In this document: piece after piece, positions 47,133 through 57,750 of the stretch
Layout of the letters: every line of letters begins with the position of its first letter
How positions within the stretch are numbered: position 1 is the stretch's first letter
The notes under the pieces: generated by a model
Databases searched by the model: none
What the model was told of the DNA's origin: nothing
What the model saw: the letters and a program-made list of their open reading frames with translations, nothing else
Origin: Aplysia californica
Taxonomy: Eukaryota
NCBI RefSeq assembly: GCF_000002075.1
Contig: NW_004797384.1
Coordinates: forward strand, 1,097,148-1,161,147
DNA length: 64,000 bases
Direction of reading: 5' to 3'
Made by a program: the position numbers and the translations under genes

Positions 47133-47580
47133 GGCTGTCATTATTCGGACTCGAGTCCGAATAACATTTTTGGCTGGATTGTACTTTACCGGACCACCCG
47201 TCTCGGCCCGTGATTACTACGCATGCCTAGCCTAACTACGCACTCATACTCATAGTACTCTACGTGTGGACAAAAGGCAAAAGGTAGTTCCGCGGGCGAC
47301 TTCGCGCACGCACAGCGCAAGCCAGTGGCGACTGGTGGTGAGGCGAGGTGAGCGAGAGGTGGTGGTTGAGAGTGGGCAGGGGAGTTAACTTTGGTGGACC
47401 ACCGTGTATCATACCAACAGTAGGGAGGGGGGGGGGGGTTAGGGGGGCTTGCCCCCCTGGAAATATTAAAGAAAACACACAAATGCGAAACAATAAAATA
47501 AGCGGAAAGTCGTGTTTACCCATCAATGTAACAACAGTGGGGGGAGGGGGGCTAGCCCCTCTGGCAACAATAATTTAAAG

Positions 47581-47621
<41 letters not shown>

Positions 47622-48923
47622 AACAATAACATGAGCGGACAACGGGGTAGATACTCGCCAAGTTGCGAGCAGGGCTGAGGGGGTTGCAATTATGCAAATG
47701 AGCTCTCCTGCGCATCTCTAGCCCTCCATTGTACTTTGCCGGACCAGGAGTAGGCCAAGCCAGCAGAGTTGCGAGCAAATCAGAATAGTGGACCACGTGA
47801 TTAGATTGACCAATTAGCCTCAAGGTGTCAGGGTCGTGGGTCAAAGGGCACGGTGATGACTGAAAAACCCGGTAAGAGACGTCAGTCGATTGTTGGCGGT
47901 CGAAGGGTGTGGACGTAGAAAACTGAACAGGAGAGTGAGTAGGGGAGCTCATAAATGAAGAATAGCGGGCCACTATGCACCAGGGGCACCATAGCGAAAG
48001 TTGCTCCGACCGGTGGTCCGGTAAAGTACAATCCTACCACATTTTTTCATATTCGGACTAGAGTTCGAATAAAAAAATTTCATATACGGACTAAAGTCCG
48101 AATAAGAAAAAATGTTATGAATTCGGACATGGGTCCAGAAAAAAAAGGAAGTGTCTTCGTTCTATAGATCTAACGTTCAGTGCTTCCAATTTTCCGCCAT
48201 TTTTTAGTTTCCCCCGCACCTTGTCTGCCGATCCGATGCCCGCCGCCTCATTGATACGCCCCCCCACCCCCATGTTTCCCACTTTCTTTGTTGTAGAAAA
48301 AGGTAAAATTGAAGATTAGCAGATCTCCTGGCACCTGCATATTATGAGCTGTGTAAAAAAAAAGACTGATTCGTTCAAATACACAAGCCTGTGTCATCTT
48401 GATTGTTTACCAAGAAAAAGTTGTGTTGCTGTGTAGAGCCGAGCATACGGCAACTTTTGATTCCATAGACCAGCGCACAATTCATTACGTAGATCTAGGT
48501 CAAGACTAGCTTTTATTATTGTAATGATCAGTTGCACCCCCCCCCCCTCTTCCCCGACACGCACACACAGCCACACGTGTGCAGGCCGCCCATCCGACCC
48601 CGACACACGCTAACAAGCCATCTTTAATTGCTTCTGATGACCTCTTGACAAATATAAACATTTATTAGAAGCGCTCTAACTTTTTAGGCCGGCCTCAAAT
48701 TCATCATAAAAGATAAAAACTCGGCTCCGGCACAATAAATTTAACGCCATTTTGCCCAAAGTGATCCCGGTCTCTACCCAGCCTGAGGCGAGTCACGAGT
48801 GAGGCAGGACAGGAAGCCGGAGTCACGAGTCACAGGAAGTCGGAAGTGATGTCATGGTGGACAAGAATCAGAGTCCGAATAACATTTTTTCATATTCGGA
48901 CTCGAGTCCGAATAGTCACTTCG
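47133..48923. mobile_element. Palindrome-array TIR element 1 (superfamily unresolved), host of a nested insertion
   Basis: The 22-bp palindrome TATTCGGACTCGAGTCCGAATA occurs near both ends, with degenerate copies at 48050-48140 and 48871-48880; flanked by the 9-bp direct repeat atagatatt (47124-47132 / 48924-48932). Confidence 0.7.
47171..48039. mobile_element. Nested TG...CA TIR element, 869 bp, 6-bp TSD
   Basis: 23-bp perfect IR core GGATTGTACTTTACCGGACCACC (starts 47176; complement ends 48034); termini TGG...CCA; TSD catttt (47165-47170 / 48040-48045). Confidence 0.8.
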
Positions 48924-48937
48924 ATAGATATTATAGA

Positions 48938-49025
48938 CTAGAGATCTAGATCTAGATCTAGGCTAGATTCTAAATACAAATATATCTAGATCTAGATATC
49001 TAGATCTAGATCTAGATCTAGATTT
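48938..49025. repeat. Self-complementary (TAGATC)n array; smaller arrays at 50016-50080 and 51025-51052
   Basis: tagatctagatctagatcta runs. Confidence 0.85.
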
Positions 49026-49134
49026 ATATCTTGATTTAGAATGTTGATCTACATCAAGTGAACTTCCTTATACTGGTCTTGACCTCTTGTCATGTTCCTC
49101 ATCAAGTGCCAGGTTTACTCTTTACTCGAAATTA

Positions 49135-49960
49135 CAGTTGAACCTGCCCTGACGGCCACCTCTATAAGACGGCCACCTGTACAGACGGCCACTTTCCATT
49201 TCCCCCCTTGCGTTTTTTCGATATAATTTAACTGTGTAAAACGGGCACCTGTCCAACCCGGCCGCGGCCACCATAATTTAACACACAACCCCTATCATAC
49301 TAAGCAATAATAATACCTGTCTTAGACGGTCACCTTAGTGACTCCATTACGTTTTGTCATAAATTGTGCATTGGCCCCTGGCGTTGTGGGCGAGCCGTCA
49401 TAATTCAATCACCTGTCGTTGTTGTTAGATAGTCCCTCCAACCGATCATGTTGCGTAGGCCCCTCCCACTGTTGACCAATAGCTACCAATTTTCAGCTGC
49501 TGGCGAAGTTTAGTAAGCGTGTGATCCCTTATAACCCATAAGCCCCGCCCAGAACTCATACACAAATCGTAAGTGAGATGAGTGGTCACTGTTTACCCAG
49601 TCTGTAACAAAGTAACAATGGACGTAAACATGAACTTGTTTCAGAAGCGTCGCTCGTTCTCCGAGTAGTGGCGACCCATGTTTTTGTTTTAACATGGCAC
49701 TCGGTCTTCCTTGTCAAATACGTTTCGTTTTATTGTCACCCTTGTTCAAAATCAGTGACAAAATAAAAATTCCAAATGAAATAAAACCAACAACAACAAC
49801 ACCAACAAAGACAACAACAATGCGGCTACTTTCGATTGAGACCTCAGATGGAAATGGTTTGTTTTCTTTATCTTGATAAGTCCTGCCTAAGACGGCCACC
49901 TGTCTTATACGGCCACTTTTCTCCTTGACAGTGGGTGGCCGTCTTACACAGGTTTGACTG
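49135..49960. mobile_element. Tc1/mariner-pogo/Tigger-type non-autonomous element, 826 bp
   Basis: TA|CAGTTGAACCTG...CAGGTTTGACTG|TA with repeated GACGGCCAC subterminal motifs. Older or shorter relatives at about 30120-30330, 37345-37680, 41030-41110, 54544-54620 and 63531-63706. Confidence 0.85.
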
Positions 49961-50082
49961 TATTGTCCACGTTTTGAAGGAATTTTTATACACTGATTTC
50001 ATGAAACATGTAGAATAGATCTAGGGGGGAATAAAAACGCTAGATCTAGGTAATTTAGAGATAATATACTCTAGATCTATAT

Positions 50083-50429
50083 GGCCACCTCTATTCTCAC
50101 CCCGAGTGAGAATAGCGCAGGCAGGCCTTTTGGCTATTCTCACCCGGTGTGCCTTCACCGTGATTGGCCAACCAGTGTAGGGTTCACCATGAACAAATGT
50201 TCCAGCACTCTTTTGTGTTGTCTGTCGGCAGTGAGAGAGAGAGAGAGAGAGCTCTGGAGGGTGTGGGAGTGATGGGGAGCTAATCCAGTGAGAAAGAGGA
50301 AGGAGCGAGTGAACAAGAATGGGGAGAAAATAGTCTGCGACAGAAAGAGAGAGGGAGCAAGCGAGAGAAATGAGAAAGACACTCGTACATAGATAATAGT
50401 CGTGGAGAGAAAGAACAGGATGAGAACTA

Positions 50430-50475
<46 letters not shown>

Positions 50476-50961
50476 AGAGAGAGAGAGAGAGGAGTAGCGT
50501 GAGAACTTCCAGGCGAAACAAAAATGGCCGTAGCATCTTTGTAGTTTTGTAGACGACCAAATTAATTTACTTTTGTGTTTTAACGTCATTTTTTATCTTT
50601 GTTTTTGTCAACTTGATGGTCCACTAGACAGTATTCAGAAAGAGAGTGCAAAAGAGGGAGAAGGAGTAGATCTTGCGAGAACTTGCGGGCAAAACAAAAT
50701 GGCGACCCACGTAGTTTGGCTTGATTTGAAAAGTGAAATAGGCATAACATCTTTGTAGACAACCAAATTAGCTTACTTTAGTGCTATTCATAATTTTTTT
50801 GTTTTCTATCCTATCATCCACACCGATAGACAGTATTCCGAAATTAGAAAAAACAGGTCTTGTTTCACAGCGGGTGAGAATAGCCAACGCTGTCAAGTCT
50901 CACCTGGGGTGAGAGGTCGATCGTATTTTTATTCTCACTTGGGGTGAGGATAGCCACTTCC
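50083..50961. mobile_element. Palindrome-array TIR element 2 (GG...CC termini, AT flanks; ISL2EU/Harbinger-like is one possibility)
   Basis: Hairpin CTATTCTCAC-cccga-GTGAGAATAG at 50091-50115, mirrored at 50930-50953; inner IR pair at about 50131-50151 / 50866-50886; at|GG...CC|at. Confidence 0.7.
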
Positions 50962-52801
50962 ATTGTTTATCATAACATGGCTAAATAAAACTGTGTCAAA
51001 GTGAATGGGGAAGTAGTTTCCTCTATAGATCTAGATCTAGATATATCTAGATTTATTAAATGTTATTCATGTGAGGCATGCTGACAGCAATGAGTTACTT
51101 CTCGGAATCTAGATTCTAGCTCTATGGGCACAGATAGGTGTCATTATAATTGATACAATTTATTATTTATGTGAAATAATACAAATGTTAAACTTGAATG
51201 AAAAAGCTTAGTTGAAAATCTAGGCTACTAATCTGGTGTCAGTTTTCAGATGACATAACTTCCATTTGTGGATTACGAACAGTAACTCATTTTGTCTGCA
51301 CACCTCACATATATATATCTATTTAGATGTTAGAGATTGCATAGCAATCCTTTGTGTACCCTGCGATCTGACTTAATGCTGGGACTGTCCTCTCTGGGAC
51401 TTGGTGAGTTTCATTGGACGCTCCCATCGTCCAGTTGGGGTTAGATCACACATAGAGTTTTATTTAAAACTCTTTATCTCGGGGAAGCTGCTCCCACCGG
51501 CTCGAGGTCGGATCCGCTGTGCCGGTAAGCTGCTGACAGGGGCTCAGGCACACATCCCTTTTTTTGACTTCGACATGATGCAATCACTTTTTGGCAAATG
51601 CCGAAGACAGGTCTCTTTTATTGGGATTTCATTCATATATATATAAGATGAAGAACTATCAAAAAAGGTTCACTTGTTTTGATTTAGTGACCAGTTTAGT
51701 AACGTTTTGTCATTTTTAGATTTAGTATAGAGGGTTTACCACCCTTGGAGATAGAGAGTGAAGGTCTGAAACTGAAACCAGATGTTTTATATTATGTTTC
51801 ACCAATCATTTCTTTGCTTGAGCTACCTGCTAAAAAATAATCATTTTAATCACCAATTTGAACACCGGTCTTTTTTACTGTCATCTGTTAGTTCGAGTTG
51901 TTTGAAATAAATATTTTTCTCTCTTGGTCTACCTCTGTTTCTGTTGCCTTCTGTTTTTCCATTGAAAGCAAGATGTTCAAGGTTTTTACATATCAAATTT
52001 AAGTCCTAAGGAACACCATAATTATCTTTTCCTGTTTTTATTACTGAATGGCCCACAGAGAGGGGCTTCTTTCAGCACATCATCATTTGATTTTTCATTC
52101 CAAGAAATGTTTGTATATATAACAATATATCTCCAAAGAAACCACTGTCTGTTGCCCTTAGAACTTTTAATTTCACTCCTGGTGACCTTTGCAGTGTTTC
52201 TTTTTATTTGGAACACTTAATTGTCCGATGTTCACAGCAGTTTTGAAGGGTTGACCACATACATAGGGTTAAAAAAATTTCAGATTAAGAGAAAGGAATT
52301 AGAATGTATGTCTGTTGTAAGTAAAAAGAGAGATCATGTTCAGCATTGAAAGTGGAGTAAAAAAAGAACTGTCTTGAAAGTAATCCATGAATTCATCTGA
52401 ATTGTGACAAAATACTTTTAAAATGTCAAAAAGAAGTATATGTATGTTTATTCATTAGCTTGACAGGAAGTGATTTGACTTCCCAAAATTGTTGTCTCAT
52501 TTTGGTGAATTGTTTCCTCAAGGCTTTATGATATTAGTTTAGTATAGTTTAGGTACTTTATCATTTCATTTCCATTGAGGAAATTTGCTATTGATATTCC
52601 TTTGCCATAATCCTCTTTGATTGTTTCAACTCTCCTTCAATTTCTCCTTTCGTACAATTTCTCCTCAGATTTCATTTGGCCTTGTGCAACGCTCATGGAC
52701 TGTAGGCTATAACAACGGGGATAATATTCTAGAAGGATCCTGCATTTAAGATCAAGTTGGCTTGACCTATATTGTCTGTGCATGGAGGGTAACCAGACAC
52801 C

Positions 52802-54031
52802 ATGGAGAGTGCGTCGTCATGGCTACAGCAGTACTACAATGCCATGTCCTGTGGCTTTGAGCGCCTCTATGCCTCGGGTGCTCACTCCGACACAACCATT
52901 ATTGTTGGAGAGAAGACTTTCCAATGCCACAGGGTTGTCCTGTGTGCCATCTCGCCCTATTTTGATGCTATGTTCTCTTCTGGTATGAGAGAAAGTGTGT
53001 CTGGAGTGGTCAAGATAGAGGGTACAGAGAGTGTTGTCTTTGAAGCTATCCTAGAGTACATTTATAAGGGTTTGGATACCGTGACAGATGAAAATGCTGA
53101 GGCCATTCTTAAAGCCGCTTGTCTACTTCAAATGGAATGTCTCCAGAAACGTTGCGAAGAGTTTATATGTAAGACGTTATCGATAGCTAATTGTTTTGAA
53201 CGATGGAGGCTTGCCCTGTGGCATTGCAGCCAACATCTAAAGCAGCAGGCCTGGAAGTTTATCATGTCAAACTTTGTAAAGATTTCGCAGCAGGATTATT
53301 TTGTGTCTTTGGAAAAAGACGAACTGATTTCCATTATCAAGGAAGATGATTTGAACTGCCCAAGTGAGGAGTTTGTCATAGAGACTGTTCTGAAGTGGGT
53401 GCAGCATGATCTGGAGGCCAGAGGTCAGCTCTTGGGTGATATCTTTCCTTACCTCCGCCTTCCATTGACTAAGCCTCAATTCTTAATCGACATCTTGAGG
53501 AAATATGCCTTTGTCAAAGAACACACAGAGTGCCACATGTACATTGACCATGCCAAAAACTTTCAGCTTCTTCCAGCCCATCGTCACGACAGCAGCAGTC
53601 CAGTCACATCTTATCGTACCACATCACCGTTTGAAGACATCTTGGTGGTCATATCAGGTGGTGAATCGCCAAGACCCCCCTATGTCCGCTCTAAAAATGT
53701 TCTCGCTTTTGGATTCAATAGTCGGAAGTGGTATCGTCTAGCTGCCTTACCGTACGACCCAGGCATTGAGTTCGCGACTTGTGTTCACAGCAACGATATT
53801 TTTGTGACCGGTGGAGGTCTGTTCAAGGCCTGCTTCTTGCGCTACCGCTCTAAGAAGGATAAGTGGTCGCAGTGTCGGGCAAAGCTAAAGAGTGGGCGTC
53901 GGCGTCATGCAATGGCTGCCTGTGGGAACAAGATCTACGTGATCGGTGGCTATAACAGTGAGCTAGAACAGGGGACCAAAGTACAGAGCTCCATTGAAGA
54001 GTTTGAGTTAGGGTGCAGTGAGTGGAATGAG
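52802..54031 (+). CDS. Kelch-like gene coding exon 1 (BTB, BACK, first blades)
   Basis: Part of the 428-aa ORF; donor GAG|gtaggt at 54031; probable upstream acceptor ctcctcag at 52668, giving 133 nt of 5' UTR in this exon. Confidence 0.93.
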
Positions 54032-56371
54032 GTAGGTGGAATGTTTGGTGTTGTGTGTGACAGACATGGAATAGATATCTATCTATAGCATGTGTGTAGA
54101 TCAACACAACTCACAAGGTCTAAAAATGGTTTAAAATCGTTTTTGAGCTAGGTGGCCTTTAACCTGATTGAGACCATCAAAAATCTTCTGACACCTTACA
54201 ACTAGTATTCACCAAAGATAATGGCTAAAATAGAGATGATGGTGATGACAGATTTGATCTGATTGGTCATGGTGTCCAAGGCATAATTTGATGAAGCCTT
54301 AATGGTTAGTTCAAAAATATTATTCTTATGATCTTTTTAAAAAGTTTCAGTAAAAAATATATCTACTGAGAGGTATCAGGATAAGTTCAAGTTGGTTTGC
54401 TTCTGTTGTTTTTTGTTTTTTTTGGGGGTTTTTTAATACTGTTTGTAATCTGTAAAATTGAAAATAAAATTAAGCTTGTATATCATGCTGATTCAGTAGA
54501 AATTACAGCTCAACAAGAATTTATTTATCTGTTTCTCTGTATACAGTGGAAATTGTCTGAGACGGACACCCATTGTCGAGGAGAAAAGTGGCCGTCTTAG
54601 ATAGGTGGCTGTCTTATACATGATGAAATCAAAAAAATTACTATTTATGTCTTGTTCACTAGGTGGGAAATCTGATCACTCCGGTGAGCTCTATCTCTGC
54701 CACGGCGACCAAGGACAAAATTCTGGTGTTTGGTGGAGAGACCAACGACCGGACGGACACACCATCAATTCAGTGTTTCGACACACAGACGCACACCACC
54801 AGCATCATCGCTCAGCTACCCTTGGCCTGCAAGCTGACCCGCGCCACCGTTTGCAACAACTGCACCTACATCATCCTCTATAACGGCAAGATTGTGCAGT
54901 TTGATCACAGGAATGATAATGTCAAGGTCAGTACTGAAACAAAGATGCAGATTTTCCAAATAAATCTGTAAATCCGGATTTCAGAGCTGACTGGACTTGT
55001 GATATTTACTACTTCTTATACTTATACATTTATATTTTAATCTCCTTTTACTGCATTTTGTTTAAAAATAGTCTTGATACAAGATGCGTTCAACTATATG
55101 ATCCATAAATTCTGAGTCTGTGCACATGCGTTTCCATGGGGTACGCAAAGTTCAAAATATATTTATAACCAGTCAGCACCTCTATTGAAATTTTCTAGAA
55201 AAATTCCTGTAGTATTTCTCCCTGTTACTCTGGTCTGTGACTCCTCTGGTGAGGGTGGATGGAGGGTTCTACTGTTAGGTACAATTTGTTCTCATTCCCT
55301 CCGTTAATTTTGTCTGTCTTTTTTTCCCTGCACTATATTTGCCGTTCTTGTGTGGATGTGCTTCTCTTTACTCAAAGAACTCCAACATCCTTTGCAATGG
55401 ATTACACTCAAACTTTTACGTGTGTGTAGTAGATCAAGCTGAAATCCATTGACTTAAAAATAAAAATAAAGTCCTGGTTTCTCTGATCTTTCTTCTCGTG
55501 ATGGGCCAGATTCAGAATATTAACAACAATTAGCATTTTAGAGATAATTGTTACTGTTGTTTATTCAGTAGCCTTTGGTTGTGTGCCCTTCGGTCCGGTG
55601 CCATGTCAAAAAAAGGGGGAAGTCTTCAAAAGCAGTTCTTTGCTGCATTATAATAATGCAGCAAAGAACTAGGGTATCGTCTGTGGTAGAAACAGGAGGA
55701 AGTTGCTGTTTGAGATCCTGCTGTTTCGGAGATTTGAAGAGCAGATGTTGGACTGTTTACATTGAGGAGGTTAAGCCCATGCAAAAGCAAAACAGATGTA
55801 TCAACATAGTGTTCTGTTTAAACCCATAAGAAAACAAAAAAGATGGAGGGCGGGTGCTCTGGTGTGGTTTGCTCCTTCTTTCCTGTTAAAAATCTATCGT
55901 CCTTGTCTCTCCTTTTTTGTGTTTGTTACTTTTCTTGTAAAACCTATTATTTGGCTCAAGGTGACCTTATTGTATTGCTGGTGCTGAAAACCTTTACTAA
56001 AACTAAAATAAAAAAGATAAAGGGAATGAATAACAAAGTAGAACGACTCTCTAGCGCAGTTAGTCAGTTTGGTTTCCCCTCTCATTCCCCAGGTGATGGG
56101 CCACATCCAGAACTTTGACTGTGTCCACTACGGGCTGGTTCACCGTCGTGGTTGTCTCCTCCTGCTGGGCGGTCAGCGCATCATCCCCGGCCCGACCCCT
56201 GTGCGTGCGCTAGTGGACACCATGCTATTGTACGACGTGCGCAACCAGCGAGTCATCATGCTCAATGACAGAATTCCTTCACCGCGACTCGTGGATAGCT
56301 GCGCGAAGATCACCATCGAGAAAAAGTTCCTTGTGACGGAGTATGTGGACCCGCCCCCAACCACGACATGA
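52802..56371 (+). CDS. Kelch-like BTB-BACK-Kelch protein (KLHL24-like, putative Cullin-3 substrate adaptor), 590 aa; exons 52802-54031, 54663-54926, 56093-56371
   Basis: ACCATGG start. BTB domain (SDTTIIVGEKTFQCHRVVLCAISPYFDAMFSSGMRES), BACK domain (DDLNCPSEEFVIETVLKWVQHD...YLRLPL) and Kelch blades (VISGG, NDIFVTGG, RRRHAMAACGNKIYVIGG, KILVFGG, LLLLGG). Two phase-0 GT-AG introns join in frame (410+88+92 aa). Exact orthology is not determined. Confidence 0.92.
54663..54926 (+). CDS. Kelch-like gene coding exon 2
   Basis: cactag / gtcagt; VGNLITPVSSISATATKDKILVFGG...DNVK. Confidence 0.9.
56093..56371 (+). CDS. Kelch-like gene coding exon 3 plus TGA stop
   Basis: ccccag acceptor; VMGHIQNFDCVHYGLVHRRGCLLLLGG...PPPTTT*. 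Confidence 0.9.
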   Translation: MMGHIQNFDCVHYGLVHRRGCLLLLGGQRIIPGPTPVRALVDTMLLYDVRNQRVIMLNDRIPSPRLVDSCAKITIEKKFLVTEYVDPPPTTT

Positions 56372-57574
56372 CGAAAGTCTCTACATTGATTTTTGTGCAA
56401 CAGCAGGGTATTTCGTTGAGGGTACAAATGGCAAATCACATCGTGTCCTGTGTTGTTTTTTTGGACCTTGTGAACCAGGGTAATTTGAATTTGTATGTAC
56501 AGTTCACATCGCAAAAAACAAAATCCATCTGATCTAATTAATGAAAGAAGACTCAAATTTTAGCCCACAGCACTTTTATTTTATTATTAATAGTGCATGC
56601 TGGTTAAGGATATTTATTGAGGACTCCCAGATCGATGTGGGTAATGGGTTTAGAACAATAAAAGCGGTAACTTATTTGTTCCAGTTATAAGAAAAAATGA
56701 AAGGGTAATATTGATTTGTAAATGATTTGCAGGTAATAATATGTCCTTATTTTGCTTTTTTCAGGGTCGGCAGAAGCATTTTGAGAGGGAACTTGCCATT
56801 GTATATTATATGTATGCATATCTGTGTTTGTTTAGCAGTGTGTTTATCTGTGCTTCTCACAAGAGTTTCATGTTCCTGAGCCTGCATGGGATCTTTTATC
56901 TTTCACTACTAGTTCCTGCGCCTCCATTTGTGTAGTGTGTGAGTGAAGCTATAATAAAGTGATGCGCCTGTTTTTGCACATTTTAAAATGTTTCTGTTTT
57001 AGTTGATCATGGTACAACGGTATTTATTTATATTCTTTTATATTATAGTTTGCATGTGTGAGTGTATGTTTGGTTGCATATATGAATTTTAGTAAGTGTT
57101 GATCGGTTTGAAATGTACAAGGACCTCGTGGTGGAATCAGGCGCTCGTCAATTTTTGGGCACGTGGAGTTATTGCGTCATCTGAATGTTTATTCATTTGC
57201 CTTACTTAAAATTTTTAAAAATATCCATCTAGCTTGAATAGAAGTCGAGATATTTGTGATTGCAGAAGGTAGGGTAGCATGGTTTCAGTAGTTAAATTAA
57301 TGAGAAAATGGCCGCCAAAGTTTCATCACTTTAATCGCGTAAGAGTTCTTGAAAACGAAAAATTACATATTTTGCGTCTTTAAACTAGGTTTTTCAGTAA
57401 AACTCACAGGGAAATGTGTCTTCATAAGAACATAAAAGCCAAAAAAACAAATTTTGATAAAAATTGTGAAACTGATGAAAAAATGCCTTTTTCTACGAAT
57501 TCATTATTTTGACGAGCACCTTATTTCACCACGATGCCTCTCATACAGTCACATATGCCCAAAGCTTTGTTGAT

Positions 57575-57750
57575 GTTGGTGGATGGCGGGTGCTCTGGTG
57601 TGGTTTGCTTCTTCTTTCCTATCAAACACCAATCGTCCTTATCTCCCCTCCATCTTTTTTATGTTTGTTACTCTCTTGTAACACCTCTACTCTTCTGGCG
57701 CTCATATGACCTTATGCCGTTGCGAGCCCCTTAACACTTCTACTAAAACA
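57575..57750 (+). mobile_element. Short retroposon family C
   Basis: 14-bp TSD aaagctttgttgat (57561-57574 / 57751-57764). Further copies at about 7822-7985, 32985-33170, 42830-42990 and 55842-56015, plus a tail fragment at 8915-8960. Confidence 0.9.

Noticed and set aside
54032-54088. C-terminal VGGMFGVV...IDIYL of the 428-aa ORF
   Set aside because: Read-through into the intron; the donor at 54031 joins the downstream Kelch exons in frame.
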